The notes: a model not told the origin generated them from the letters alone. 64,000 bases of DNA from Patescibacteria group bacterium (GCA_041675145.1 JBAYUK010000002.1:152530-216529), one strand, 5' to 3'. Shown: positions 46,928 through 58,072, counted from the stretch's first letter. Program-made: numbers and translations.

Positions 46928-48705
46928 AAAAAATAATAATAGCATTTATCGTTTCGTTGTGTGTCCTAATCCACTTCTCGTTGGGTTTATATGCGATGCA
47001 AGGAGACAGTGCTATTGTAGATGAGCTTGCACATATACCTGCTGGGTATAGCTACGTCACTTTACATGATTACCGGTTAAACCCAGAGCACCCTCCGTTA
47101 CTAAAGATACTAAGTGGTTTATCTTTGAGTACTCAAGATTTACATTTTGATACAAACGAGAAATCCTGGAGCCAAGATATAAACGGTCAGTGGGAATCAG
47201 GGTGGAGTTTTCTGTACCACCAAGGTAATGACCCGGATGTGATTCTCTTTTATGCACGACTACCTTTCTTAGTAATTAGCTCCTTATTTGTTCTCCTATT
47301 CTTTTTTATTACAAGGTATCTAGTGGGGGTAAGGGCGGCGGTTCTCGGAACTGTACTTTTAGCTTTTTCTCCAACGCTACTTGGGCATAATCATTTTGTT
47401 ACTACTGATGTTGGGGTAGCGATACTAACATTCCTTTCGTTATTCTCAGTTTGTTATTCATTAGAAAAAAAGACTCGGGTGAGCTTTGCGGTTTCTGCTC
47501 TTATTACAGGTCTGGCACTTTCTGCTAAGTTCTCTGCCTTCCTTATACTGCCGGTAATCTTTTTGGCGTACACAGTATTTACAGTTCGCGATGTTGTTGC
47601 TCAGAAAGAGAAAGTACATATTAAGAAGGTGCTCTATGTGCTGCTGAAGAGGGCAGGTGAGCTCATTGTTTTTATGGCTTTGGCATACACGGTAGTGTGG
47701 TTGGTGTATGTCTTTGCGATGTATAACATGCCCGCAGATAAGATACAGGAGCTTGTTACTGTTGCGATTCCAAGTAAGGGATTGTTGCAAGAACTACTTC
47801 TCAGATTTAGTAGCAACCCGGTGCTTAAGTATTTTGTGCAGTATGTTGTTGGTTTTATTATGGTTCTTCATCGTGTTGATGGCGGTAACACTACTTTCTT
47901 GCTCGGAAATGTTACGAACCAGTCGTTTAAGTGGTACTTTCCATTCGCATTTATTGTGAAGGAGACGGTAGGATTCCTAGTCCTTTTTGCTCTTACAATT
48001 CTAGTTTTTACAAGAAGTGTATCGTGGAATAAACTTGTTTCTCGTTTCAGTAGCGGTAGAAAAGCGGCAGACTGGATTATATATACGATAAAAAGTCTGG
48101 ATGTATCTCAGTTATTTACTATTTCTTCTATAGTCTTTGTTTTTATTTATCTGTATTTTTCAATAACTGGTAACTTAAATATAGGGATTAGGCATCTCAT
48201 GCCAGTACTGCCTTTCCTTTACTTTATTACTGCAAAGCAAATTTCTATTTGGTTAGGCAGTAGGTTTAGTTGGAGAACTATTTTTGTAGGGTTATGTATT
48301 ATAGGTACTGTATCTTCAGTTATTATCTCTGCACCGTATTATCTAGCATACTTCAATGAGCTATCTGGAGGACGCAACTCCGGGTATAAGTTGTTAACGG
48401 ACTCTAACTTAGATTGGGGTCAAGATTTGGTGAGACTAAAAAAGTTTATGAATGATAATAATATACCCAAGATAAAACTGGATTATTTTGGTGGTGGGTT
48501 GCCTGAGCATTACTTAGGAACTAGCTACGAAAAATGGTCTAGTCAAAAAGGGGAAACAAGTGGCTGGGTTGGTGTTTCTGCGACTTATCTACAAAATAGT
48601 CGTTGGTATCACATACATAACAACGAGCCTGATTATGACTGGCTAAGAAGTAAAAAACCGTTTACTATCATTGGCGGATCTATTTTAATTTACTACATAC
48701 CCTAG
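46924..48705 (+). CDS. GT-C (ArnT/PMT-like) glycosyltransferase
   Basis: DELAH, NPEHPPL, AKFS, DSNLDWGQD; multi-TM. Confidence 0.8.
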   Translation: MKKIIIAFIVSLCVLIHFSLGLYAMQGDSAIVDELAHIPAGYSYVTLHDYRLNPEHPPLLKILSGLSLSTQDLHFDTNEKSWSQDINGQWESGWSFLYHQGNDPDVILFYARLPFLVISSLFVLLFFFITRYLVGVRAAVLGTVLLAFSPTLLGHNHFVTTDVGVAILTFLSLFSVCYSLEKKTRVSFAVSALITGLALSAKFSAFLILPVIFLAYTVFTVRDVVAQKEKVHIKKVLYVLLKRAGELIVFMALAYTVVWLVYVFAMYNMPADKIQELVTVAIPSKGLLQELLLRFSSNPVLKYFVQYVVGFIMVLHRVDGGNTTFLLGNVTNQSFKWYFPFAFIVKETVGFLVLFALTILVFTRSVSWNKLVSRFSSGRKAADWIIYTIKSLDVSQLFTISSIVFVFIYLYFSITGNLNIGIRHLMPVLPFLYFITAKQISIWLGSRFSWRTIFVGLCIIGTVSSVIISAPYYLAYFNELSGGRNSGYKLLTDSNLDWGQDLVRLKKFMNDNNIPKIKLDYFGGGLPEHYLGTSYEKWSSQKGETSGWVGVSATYLQNSRWYHIHNNEPDYDWLRSKKPFTIIGGSILIYYIP

Positions 48706-48710
48706 CTACC

Positions 48711-49523
48711 ATGGAAAAAAAACCAACAGACATATTTATCAAAGAAAAAGTAGTTACTGGAGCACGACACCGAGAGGGTGGTGGTGTTTATTTGTCTGTA
48801 GTTATTCCGGCATATAATGAATCACAAAGAATAATACCTACACTTGAAGCAGTTGATCAGTATCTTAAAAAGCAAGACTACTCGTATGAGATTATTGTGG
48901 TGGCAAATAACTGCACAGATAATACAGTTGAGGTCTTGCTTGATCAGCAGAATAAGATTCAGCACTTAGAAATATATGATCTTGAGATTTTAAAGCCTGG
49001 AGGAGGTAAAGGGTACGCCGTAAAAAAAGGTGTCGAGAAGTCGCGCGGTGAGTATATCGTTTTTATGGATGCTGATAACGCCACTAAGATAGATGAGATA
49101 GGTAATTTTTGGAAATTCTTTAAAGAAGGGTATTCTGTTGTAATTGGAAGTCGCCATATTAAAGGATCTAAAATAGTAGTCCAACAACCCCTCCATAGAA
49201 GAATCTTGGGTAGGGTAGCTAACTTAGTTATTCGCTTACTCCTCCTTCCAGGAATCCACGATACGCAATGTGGCTTTAAAGCGTTTACGAGAGATGCTGG
49301 CAAAAAGATTTTTGCTTTAAGTGAAATTGGGGGGTGGGGGTTTGACATGGAGCTTCTTGCTCTTGCTCGGCACTTTAGATATACAGTAGCCGAAGTACCA
49401 GTAAGTTGGTACGAGGCAGGTGACTCTCGTCTTCGGGCAGTAAAGGCTGCTAGTAGTACGCTTAGTGAACTCTTCCATATTCGAAACAATATAAAAACAG
49501 GCTACTATGACAAAAAGAAATAA
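48711..49523 (+). CDS. Polyprenol-phosphate glycosyltransferase (GT2, Alg5-like)
   Basis: SVVIPAYNE, GKG.AV, DAD, DTQCGFK, FDMELL. Confidence 0.88.
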   Translation: MEKKPTDIFIKEKVVTGARHREGGGVYLSVVIPAYNESQRIIPTLEAVDQYLKKQDYSYEIIVVANNCTDNTVEVLLDQQNKIQHLEIYDLEILKPGGGKGYAVKKGVEKSRGEYIVFMDADNATKIDEIGNFWKFFKEGYSVVIGSRHIKGSKIVVQQPLHRRILGRVANLVIRLLLLPGIHDTQCGFKAFTRDAGKKIFALSEIGGWGFDMELLALARHFRYTVAEVPVSWYEAGDSRLRAVKAASSTLSELFHIRNNIKTGYYDKKK

Positions 49524-50139
49524 GACGCACATACCTTTTTGGGATAACGTAGACCGATACCTAAAAACAGAGACCACAGACAGTATTACCCTTGCTCTTC
49601 TTGAAGCAGATAAGACATGTACAGTAATTGCAAAACAAAAGTACTCTAATTTTAAAACCGAGAAAGAGCAGCTCGATGCATTTACAAAGGATCTTAAGAG
49701 ACCAGAGACTTTTTTACAACTTAAAGAGTATGTAGATAAGATTCGTTACGAACCTGGGTTTATATTACCCGACCCATACCAAGGGATGGAATATATACAA
49801 CGATACAGAGAGTTGTTACAGGAATCTTTATATGGTGAAATTTCCGAGGAAGAGTATTCAGTAAGTAAACTCCTTCTGCGTCGTATCCATTCTTTTTATT
49901 TACTGAGAAAACAAAACATAAAAAAAGCCGTGCTATGGCTTCTGGTAATTGTGGCAGTTATGTTGTTTATATCTGACACTCAGGTAGGGGCTAATGTATT
50001 TACGTTTATAATAGAGCAGCTCCATTTTATATTAAAGATGATAGTTATAGGTGTAGCGGTAATTGCACTGGTTGGATTTATTTTGATATTTTTTATAACG
50101 GGTCTTGAAAAGAGAACACTCTCAAGAAAGAGGCGTTAA
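49507..50139 (+). CDS. Hypothetical protein with C-terminal TM helices
   Basis: Overlaps the upstream stop; two hydrophobic segments. Confidence 0.55.
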   Translation: MTKRNKTHIPFWDNVDRYLKTETTDSITLALLEADKTCTVIAKQKYSNFKTEKEQLDAFTKDLKRPETFLQLKEYVDKIRYEPGFILPDPYQGMEYIQRYRELLQESLYGEISEEEYSVSKLLLRRIHSFYLLRKQNIKKAVLWLLVIVAVMLFISDTQVGANVFTFIIEQLHFILKMIVIGVAVIALVGFILIFFITGLEKRTLSRKRR

Positions 50140-50559
50140 TTAGGCCGTAAGTTGCTTCATCCATTGTGACTTTCTAATTCCTACCGACTGGATAGTCATA
50201 GATTTAATATACGAGTTCAGCCGATTTCGTTTGTATGTATCGAGTTTTTCGTAGAGGAGGGAACTGATCTCAATAATGGTACTTTCATCGAGATCTGGCT
50301 TTAGGACATGGAGCATTTCATGTACGAGAGTCTCATCCATAGGGAACATGTATGGGTTTAGGACGATAGCATTATTCTCGTAGTCGATGTACCCACCTTC
50401 GTTGCGAGTCCTTGAAGAGACTACAATATCAAACTCTCCTTTATTGAGCTCTCTAAAGATGCGTTCGAACAGGATAGAAGACATGCTACGCGTATACTCG
50501 CGTGTCCTGTTTTTTATAAATTTCGAGCCCCTCTTCCTAGTGATAGTTGTACTATTCAT
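50140..50559 (-). CDS. Small HExxH metalloprotease-like protein
   Basis: ETLVHEMLH. Confidence 0.55.
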   Translation of the reverse strand: MNSTTITRKRGSKFIKNRTREYTRSMSSILFERIFRELNKGEFDIVVSSRTRNEGGYIDYENNAIVLNPYMFPMDETLVHEMLHVLKPDLDESTIIEISSLLYEKLDTYKRNRLNSYIKSMTIQSVGIRKSQWMKQLTA

Positions 50560-50630
50560 AGGAAGTTTTTATTACACAGCCATTATAGCATAGAAATGCT
50601 ATTTTGTCAAATAATAGACCAGGGATTTGC

Positions 50631-52682
50631 CTATGGCAGCTGTACTGAAATATCTTGGCTTAGTTGAGCTGTATTTGAGTAGAGAGTGCTCGTTTCAGAG
50701 TTAGACTTCATGGTTACCTGAAGGGTATAGGTGGTGTTGTTTAGTCCTGCTTGTTTCTGGATATACAACTGGTAGGGCTGTAGTGTAACTGGAGTATCAT
50801 AGGTGATCGAAAAAGAGTTAGTCTCTCCTGGTTTTACTGTCGTCCAGCCTCCGAAGACGGTTTTTTCATGCTCAGTTGTGGTATCTAGTGGCTGTTTCTT
50901 TACTTCTTCCTGCCCTGGGCTGTAGGTAAGCATCCCATCTTCCCCACGTTGTATCTTAGAAGGGTCTATAAGGCCTCCAGAATCAATAATGGTAGTGTCT
51001 TTAGGGGTATACCACCTAAAGTAGGAATAGTTGGTTCCGCTCGGCCAACTAAAGCTTCCATGGTGCTTTCTCGTAACCGTTACGGTGTGGCGGGCCGTAC
51101 CCTCGTTCTTTGTAAGTTGAATAGTATGAACTACAGAGGTTTCGATCTCGTTGTTTGTTTTCATGCCTCCTATGTTTGCATCAACCATCATAAGGTAGTC
51201 ACCAGGGGGGTTCTTAATAGATCCCGTAACGCCAAACGTATCTAGTGCGCTCTCCAGCCTTTCTTCTGGGTGGTAGAATTGAATGTCTCTACTTATGATG
51301 CTCTTTGAGAATACGTTATATATCTCAGTTTGCTTGTCTTGGCCTAGGTGGCTGATAGCAGATAAGAGGAATGGTGCAAAGTCACCAATAAATTTTTTAG
51401 GGTTATTCTCGTTGGGATCATACTCTATGCTAGTTTTGTATTGAGTAAGGGAAATAAAGTTCTCATCTGTCACAACAGCATTATCTTGGGGTACAGATAT
51501 TGGACCGGTAATCTTCAAGAGGTTAACGAATAAATTAGTATCAACTGCAATTACTCCATCAGGGGTAAAGCCACCCTCCGCTTCATAGAAGTGAATGAGT
51601 TGTTTTGCGGTAGCTGGGAAATCTGGATCCCAGTTTGCATCTCTCATTGCGAGATACGGAGTAATCTTTTGTAGTGGGGTAGGGGGAGTAATCTTTTGGG
51701 TGAGCTGTCCATCTGGATTGTAGATGCTGTCGACAAATATTTTACTTATTACTCCTTTATGAACTGTAACTATCCCGTATGAGCCAATAAAGCCACCGGT
51801 TGGTCTAAGCTCTGTATTGTTCTGAAAAACCATCAGATACTTCTTGTCGTATGAGCTGGCAAGTAGTTCGGAGGAAGAGCCTGTAAGTGCGTCTAGTGCC
51901 TCTTTGTTTTCTTTATAGTAGTTAAAGGCCTTACTAACTTTAATGAGAGTATTCTTTTGGCTATCTGAAAGTGAGCTGTTGTGTGCTAGCGCATCCAAAT
52001 CTCGGGTAGTTTGTGTGATTATAGGTTGGTTGCTTTGTATCTTAAAGGATAGAGAGTTGAGGTGCTCAATAAGTTGCGTGTTATCTTTGGATTTATCAAA
52101 TACTGTGCCTATTTCAAAGGTTTTGAAGTACTTAACTTCATCTAAAAATTCTAGCCCTAATGATGTGAGGTTATAGGCGACTCTTACAAATGCCTCTTTT
52201 TCGTTAATAGGATCACTAAAGGAGAGATGATTATCAAGGAAGTAGTTATTCTGGCCTACCGCTTCTATCTGACCCTTAATATATGAAAGCTTACCTTGAG
52301 CTTGTGTAAGCTTATTTCGTGCTTCTTCAAAGTTATTTTCTTCTATGTCCTTTTGTGCGCTTGTGAGTAGTGGCTGGATACTGCTTCCTTCATCTACTAT
52401 ATTTGAAGCAAATGTTTTTAGTTTGATAGGTAGAACTATAATTGTGGCTATTAGTAAAGTAAAGAAAGAGTATCTAAGAATGAGAAGGCCGTAGTTACTT
52501 TTTTTAGTATTTAGTTTTACTTCGGGTATATTTTTTTCTAAGTCTACCCATGGGTGCGATTCCTCCAGAACATCTCTTTTGTCTATATAGTCTTTCTTGG
52601 ATATAAAAATACCATCAATTTTTTTTGATAGATTACTTGAGCCCATGTTGTTTTCTTCTTCAGATCTATCACTAGTATGCAT
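50631..52682 (-). CDS. DUF4012-domain protein
   Basis: YLMVFQNNTELRPTGGFIGS, RDANWDPDFP, NIGGMK. Confidence 0.8.
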   Translation of the reverse strand: MHTSDRSEEENNMGSSNLSKKIDGIFISKKDYIDKRDVLEESHPWVDLEKNIPEVKLNTKKSNYGLLILRYSFFTLLIATIIVLPIKLKTFASNIVDEGSSIQPLLTSAQKDIEENNFEEARNKLTQAQGKLSYIKGQIEAVGQNNYFLDNHLSFSDPINEKEAFVRVAYNLTSLGLEFLDEVKYFKTFEIGTVFDKSKDNTQLIEHLNSLSFKIQSNQPIITQTTRDLDALAHNSSLSDSQKNTLIKVSKAFNYYKENKEALDALTGSSSELLASSYDKKYLMVFQNNTELRPTGGFIGSYGIVTVHKGVISKIFVDSIYNPDGQLTQKITPPTPLQKITPYLAMRDANWDPDFPATAKQLIHFYEAEGGFTPDGVIAVDTNLFVNLLKITGPISVPQDNAVVTDENFISLTQYKTSIEYDPNENNPKKFIGDFAPFLLSAISHLGQDKQTEIYNVFSKSIISRDIQFYHPEERLESALDTFGVTGSIKNPPGDYLMMVDANIGGMKTNNEIETSVVHTIQLTKNEGTARHTVTVTRKHHGSFSWPSGTNYSYFRWYTPKDTTIIDSGGLIDPSKIQRGEDGMLTYSPGQEEVKKQPLDTTTEHEKTVFGGWTTVKPGETNSFSITYDTPVTLQPYQLYIQKQAGLNNTTYTLQVTMKSNSETSTLYSNTAQLSQDISVQLP

Positions 52683-52686
52683 AGAT

Positions 52687-53814
52687 CTATAATACTATAC
52701 TTTCTAGAGTTTTTTGAGCCACTTCTTTCCACTGAATAAAATCTTGTTTTGTTGTGTCTGGAGTAAGACTCTTGATATTATCTGTGTCTATTAGTAGATC
52801 TAGGGCTTTGGTGTAGTAGGAGGTTACATGTGGATTAATAAATAACGCCCCTTGATTGATTATTTCTGGTATCGATGATACTGATGAGGTAACTACTGAC
52901 TTACCAAAAGAACTCGCCTCTATTACTGGTACACCAAATCCTTCATACAGAGCAGGGAATAGGAACAGGTAGCAGTTTCTAAAAAGTGCCTCCTTCTCTC
53001 TGTTAGTGATATAGTCGGTAAAAACAATATCTGGGTGTTTCTCTTTTAATACTGAAAGTGCTTTCTTGTATAACCATCCTTTTTTTCCTGCAATAACAAG
53101 TTTTTTATTTATTAGTTTAGATTTGAGATATGAGTCTATTACCATAGATACGTTCTTTCTTGGTTCAATTGTTCCTAAGAAAAGAATATATTCATTTGTC
53201 TCAAGGGACCATTTGCGCAGTGTATCCAAGTCATTGTTGTGTGTATCTTTCGACTTGGTATCAAAATCGTAGGCATTTGGTATAACAACAATTTTGTTTT
53301 CGTCTATGTTATAGATATCTATGAGATCATTTTTTGTAGCCCGTGAGACGGCTATTATTTTATCGGCTTTTTTTGCCATTACTTTTGGATTCATCTGGAG
53401 ATGCCACAGATTTTTCCTAAAAGAGAAGTACCGCTTATCTTTTTCAAAAGATAAGTCGTGAATAGTTAGTACTTTCTTAACTTTTTTAGAGAGAGGAATA
53501 AAGTAAAAGTGGGGAGAGAAAAAGTAATCCACTTTAAGAATCGTATCTATCTTCGGATAAGGAAAGAACCTCCATGTCCATTCTAGGATTTTGTTCGGTA
53601 TTCTAAATATTTTATATTCAGATATTTCTAAAATGTCCTTAGGTATAATATTTGAAACATTTCTAAATGAGTTGAAGAAAAGTACAAAAGTATAATCAGG
53701 ATTATTTAAGATAATATTTTTTATTACATAATAAGCATACTCTGGTATTCCAGAAGAGTATGCTTCTTGCAGCATTCGGGCATCAATACCAATTCTCTTT
53801 TTTGTTGTATTCAT
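52687..53814 (-). CDS. GT4 glycosyltransferase
   Basis: GIDAR, TIHDL, GTIEPRKN, YEGFGVPVIEA. Confidence 0.9.
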   Translation of the reverse strand: MNTTKKRIGIDARMLQEAYSSGIPEYAYYVIKNIILNNPDYTFVLFFNSFRNVSNIIPKDILEISEYKIFRIPNKILEWTWRFFPYPKIDTILKVDYFFSPHFYFIPLSKKVKKVLTIHDLSFEKDKRYFSFRKNLWHLQMNPKVMAKKADKIIAVSRATKNDLIDIYNIDENKIVVIPNAYDFDTKSKDTHNNDLDTLRKWSLETNEYILFLGTIEPRKNVSMVIDSYLKSKLINKKLVIAGKKGWLYKKALSVLKEKHPDIVFTDYITNREKEALFRNCYLFLFPALYEGFGVPVIEASSFGKSVVTSSVSSIPEIINQGALFINPHVTSYYTKALDLLIDTDNIKSLTPDTTKQDFIQWKEVAQKTLESIVL

Positions 53815-53819
53815 TTGTA

Positions 53820-55097
53820 TTACGAAACAATCAAGTTTGTTGTTGTCTCATGTCGTGAGAGGAGTGAGGCAATATATTTGAGATTATTGACTGGAGTATT
53901 CCCAAGGGAAATAGATATAAGAGTGTTCTTTGTTAGTAGCAGAAGAGGTAGACATTCAGATGAGATAGCAAGTGAAGGTACATGGAAAATTATACACTCA
54001 AACTTTTCTCCAAATTCAGTCATGAGCTCTTTTAGCTTCGCTCTCTCTATAGTATCTGCTGCATACGTGAGCTTATTTCCAGTTGAAAGTAACCATAAGT
54101 TTTGTTCGTCAGTTTTTTTAATGTGCTGAGTAAAGTTGTTTTCCTGAGTTAGGGTTTCTGCAAAGCCAGTATCGTTTTTAACATGCCAGAAATCGTGGAT
54201 TTGTGGTTGGTCAAAATACGCATCAACGACGAGAGTTTTCTTACCAGACCTTGCGTATGAGAGGGCTAGGTTTGCGGCAATCGTGCTGCTTACAATTGGT
54301 CTCTTCCCGGCATCAGACACAACTATACTGAAGTTGCCATTATTGCCTTTAAATAAGTTTAAGTTTGATCTAATGTAGCGGAATTTTTCGGCAACTCGTG
54401 TCTCAGGATGAAAAAGACCCTGAAGCTTTATCTTACGAAGAGAAAGGGGTAGTGTGTTGAAGATAGAGAGCACTGCAAAAGTAGTATTTATAGTTGGACT
54501 AAACGATTCTCTAATAAATGTAGCAATGAGGGCAAGTATAAGAGAGATAATAAAAGCGACAAAAATAGTTAGTAGTGTGTTTTGCTGAACGGGAGTGGTT
54601 ATGAGTTGAGAAGAGACAATCTCAAAGTCTGTTGAAGCTTGGTCTAGCTTTCCAAGTTGGGCTATTCTTTCCTCGACTGTCTTAATAATATTACTCGCAA
54701 CTTCTTCTGCCTGTTTTTTATTGCTATTAGAAACAATCAAAGAGATGTTCTGAGGAGGAATCTTTTGAGTGTAAATACTTTTACTGAGGGCATTTAGTTT
54801 TCCTGACTCAACAGATATTCCTGATTTTGCATATACATCTGAGACGAAACTAGTACTTCTAATCCAGCCAATAATGGTGTTAATAAAGAGTTCACTTGCT
54901 TGAATTGCGTAAAAACTACTGTACTGATACTGTGTACTGTTTTCTCTTTTTGCTTGAACGGTAATAATTGCAGAAGTCTGAAAAGATTCCTTTTGATTGA
55001 GCGAGTAGTACGACGCAGCTCCCGTTATAACAACAACTATAAGAATAATTAATAGTAGTCTTCTTTTCACAATGGCGAAAAATTCTGTAATTTCCAT
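53820..55097 (-). CDS. Wzz/Wzc-like polysaccharide co-polymerase with degenerate kinase domain
   Basis: Two TM flanking an extracytoplasmic loop; AEKFRYIRSNL, AANLALSYA..GKKTLVVDA. Confidence 0.7.
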   Translation of the reverse strand: MEITEFFAIVKRRLLLIILIVVVITGAASYYSLNQKESFQTSAIITVQAKRENSTQYQYSSFYAIQASELFINTIIGWIRSTSFVSDVYAKSGISVESGKLNALSKSIYTQKIPPQNISLIVSNSNKKQAEEVASNIIKTVEERIAQLGKLDQASTDFEIVSSQLITTPVQQNTLLTIFVAFIISLILALIATFIRESFSPTINTTFAVLSIFNTLPLSLRKIKLQGLFHPETRVAEKFRYIRSNLNLFKGNNGNFSIVVSDAGKRPIVSSTIAANLALSYARSGKKTLVVDAYFDQPQIHDFWHVKNDTGFAETLTQENNFTQHIKKTDEQNLWLLSTGNKLTYAADTIERAKLKELMTEFGEKFECIIFHVPSLAISSECLPLLLLTKNTLISISLGNTPVNNLKYIASLLSRHETTTNLIVS

Positions 55098-55106
55098 GGT
55101 ATGTAC

Positions 55107-56240
55107 CTATGATATAAAGGATGTATATTGTTTTTCTACAAACGACTGAAAAGATTCTTTAAATGAACTAAGATTAAATTTTTCTGCATTCTTTCTGCAT
55201 TCTTCTGGGCTAAACTGTATTTTTTCAAATCGTTCGATTGCATCAATAAGTGACTCTGGAGTTTGCGTATCAAAGAACACTCCAGTTTTATTCTCTACAA
55301 CCGTTTCCATTGCGCCACCTGCCCTATAGGCGATCACTGGTCTTCCTGCAGCTTGAGCCTCAAGTGGAGTAATGCCAAAGTCTTCTTCTTGAGGGAAGAT
55401 AAATCCCTTACATCGTGAGTAGTAGGTTGCAACTTCTTCATCTGAGAGACGGCCAAGAACCTGTACTGTGGGTCCTGCGGCTTGTTTGATCTTTTTAAGA
55501 TTTGGTCCGTTACCAATAATGATGAGAGGCTTCTTGAGGGTATTAAAAGCATCAATGACTATATCAGTTCTTTTGTAATCTACTTGCCTGCCAACTACCA
55601 AGTAGAAATCTTCAACATGTGCTGAAATCTGAAACTTCTGGGTATCTACCGGGGGATAGATAACGGTGCTTTCACGTCTGTAATATTTCTTTGTTCTCTT
55701 TTGGATGTAGTTAGAAATAGTAACAATGTGGTCTGGTCTTTGAGCTGCTATATAGTCCCATTGGCGTAGTACGTGAAGTTTTGCACGAACTATATTTTTT
55801 AAAACAGAATCAATGATCTTAAATGGAGTGAAGCGAACATACGCAACATATAAGTAATAGTAGTCGAGCATGTATCGGGTAGGGCTGTAAAGGTAGCATA
55901 TATGTAAAGCAGAGGGCTTGGTCATGACTCCTTTTGCAACCACATGGCTCATTGAGATAACGATATCGTACTGGGTTAAATCAAACTGCTCGATAGCACA
56001 CGGCATATAGTGGAGATAGAACTGCCATTTCTTTTTGGCTAAAGGCATTTTTTGTAGATATGAAGTCCTGATGTCAGCATCTTTAAACTCAGGCATCTTT
56101 TTTTCATCGTACATTAAGGTATATATGGGTGCATCTGGCCATATCTCATGAACTGCCATAAGGCACCGTTCTGCGCCGCCCCAGTTGGTCATCCAGTCGC
56201 ACACAATTGCTATGTTCGGTTGTAAGGTATGTTCTTGCAT
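55107..56240 (-). CDS. GT4 glycosyltransferase
   Basis: GGAER, VIYPPVD, EDFGITPLEAQAAG. Confidence 0.9.
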   Translation of the reverse strand: MQEHTLQPNIAIVCDWMTNWGGAERCLMAVHEIWPDAPIYTLMYDEKKMPEFKDADIRTSYLQKMPLAKKKWQFYLHYMPCAIEQFDLTQYDIVISMSHVVAKGVMTKPSALHICYLYSPTRYMLDYYYLYVAYVRFTPFKIIDSVLKNIVRAKLHVLRQWDYIAAQRPDHIVTISNYIQKRTKKYYRRESTVIYPPVDTQKFQISAHVEDFYLVVGRQVDYKRTDIVIDAFNTLKKPLIIIGNGPNLKKIKQAAGPTVQVLGRLSDEEVATYYSRCKGFIFPQEEDFGITPLEAQAAGRPVIAYRAGGAMETVVENKTGVFFDTQTPESLIDAIERFEKIQFSPEECRKNAEKFNLSSFKESFQSFVEKQYTSFIS

Positions 56241-56255
56241 ATCGTTAGTATATCC

Positions 56256-57665
56256 CTAGTAAGCTCCTTTGCGAGTAGCTAAAACAAATACTGTTTTTAC
56301 AATGATATATAGATCCATAGTAAATGACCAGTTTTCTATATAGTAGACATCAAGTTTTACCCAGTCATCAAATGATATATCAGAACGACCAGATACTTGC
56401 CACAGTCCTGTTATGCCAGGCTTAACAGCACCAAGACGCTTCTTCTGTTCTCGTGTATAACGGGCAACTTCCATTGGCATGGGAGGTCGTGGTCCAACCA
56501 AACTCATATTGCCTATAAAGACATTATAGAACTGAGCTATTTCATCAATGCTGGTCTTGCGAATAAAGCGACCAATTGGAGTTACGCGCGGGTCTTGGTC
56601 TGAGCGCAACTTAAACATAATGCCATGTTTCTTTTGTAGAGCAGCATGTCTAGCGTCTATATCGTCTGCATGATACATACTGCGAAATTTAAATAGTTTG
56701 AAATTACCATCGCGGCCGACTCGTTCTTGAATGATGAGAAGAGGACCTTTAGATGTTGTTTTGATAATAATCGCAACTAGGATTTGTATAGGGAGTGTAA
56801 GAATAATCCCAAAAGTAGCTCCGACAATATCTAGCATTCTCTTTGCGATTCTGCCCCATCCTTGGAGGGGACTGCGGTGTACGGCAAAAACTGGAATTTT
56901 ACCAAAGGTTTCAGCTGTATTATTTTTTGCATAAAGACTAAAAAGACTTGGTACAAATCTGAATTGAAGATTCTTATCTTCACATAAGTGAATGATGTTG
57001 ATGTTGTCTTCATTTGTCATATTAGGATCAGTCTGGATTATTTCATCAGGGGAGTGTTCAACAACTAATGGGCCTAGTTTATCTATTGAGCCGATAACCA
57101 AATCTGTATCAATTCTTTCATTGTGGTTCTCATCGGTAGTAATGATTCCAATGAGCTCATAACCTCTGCGAGTATGGCGCATTAAATCGTGAGCAATAAT
57201 AGCAGTGGTTTCGTTATTCCCAATAAGAAAGACCCGCTTTACGCCCACCCCATACTTATGGAGTAGTCTTTTAAGCCAAAGTAAAATAAATCTTGAGATA
57301 ATAACTGTTGTACAGATGCAAAGCAATGAATAGATAATAATTAAACGAGAAAAGTATGCATCACGAATAAAGAACATAATAGTTACAAAAAGCATCAAGC
57401 TTGTCGTAACGGCAACGAGCACCTTAATGGTTGAAACTCGTGAAATGCGGATGTACTTCGGGGAGTACAGTCCAGCCAGCGCAAAGGTTATGACCCAAAG
57501 GGGAATAAAGTATGAGACGTATTGTATGAATTCAGCTAGAGGAGGAACATAGATAAACTCGAAACTGTTGATTCTTAAAAAGTATGCAACAATAAAACCT
57601 CCCATAATAGCCAGTATGTCTATTGGGATTAGGAGGAGAGTGAATAAGAGTTCAGAGCGTTTCAT
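56256..57665 (-). CDS. Polyprenyl-phosphate sugar phosphotransferase (WcaJ/WbaP-like)
   Basis: KRMLD, KFRSM, DPRVT, SLVGPRP, KPGITGLWQ. Confidence 0.92.
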   Translation of the reverse strand: MKRSELLFTLLLIPIDILAIMGGFIVAYFLRINSFEFIYVPPLAEFIQYVSYFIPLWVITFALAGLYSPKYIRISRVSTIKVLVAVTTSLMLFVTIMFFIRDAYFSRLIIIYSLLCICTTVIISRFILLWLKRLLHKYGVGVKRVFLIGNNETTAIIAHDLMRHTRRGYELIGIITTDENHNERIDTDLVIGSIDKLGPLVVEHSPDEIIQTDPNMTNEDNINIIHLCEDKNLQFRFVPSLFSLYAKNNTAETFGKIPVFAVHRSPLQGWGRIAKRMLDIVGATFGIILTLPIQILVAIIIKTTSKGPLLIIQERVGRDGNFKLFKFRSMYHADDIDARHAALQKKHGIMFKLRSDQDPRVTPIGRFIRKTSIDEIAQFYNVFIGNMSLVGPRPPMPMEVARYTREQKKRLGAVKPGITGLWQVSGRSDISFDDWVKLDVYYIENWSFTMDLYIIVKTVFVLATRKGAY

Positions 57666-57675
57666 AGATTTGGAA

Positions 57676-58032
57676 CTTTTAGCGTATCTATAAGCCGGGT
57701 TCTGTACCTTGATATAATCAAGGCGACAATCATCTCTCTAGCCTTAATATTGCTACTAAGGTCATGCGATAGGACTGTATATACATGCCAGGAACAGCTC
57801 AGTATATATAAGCCTTTCTATCTTGCACCAAGTGGGGTTTACCCTCGACTATGTCACCATAGCCGTAGATTCGCCGAAGCGAAGCGTTTCACATTAATCG
57901 TCTCTGTGGCACTATTCCCTAGATTTAGCTCTTGCGAGCGTATGTCTGGTGGCCGTTAGCCATCACTATGTTCCTGAGGTGCCCGGACTTTCCTCCCACA
58001 AGAAGCGGGCGATTGTCCAATACGCTAAAAGT
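57676..58032 (-). ncRNA. rnpB: RNase P RNA
   Basis: Minus strand GAGGAAAGUCCGGGC near the 5' end and ACAGAACCCGGCUUA near the 3' end; complementary P1 termini. Confidence 0.95.
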
Positions 58033-58072
58033 CTATAAAAATTATACCTTTTACAGTGTAGAAAGTCAATTT

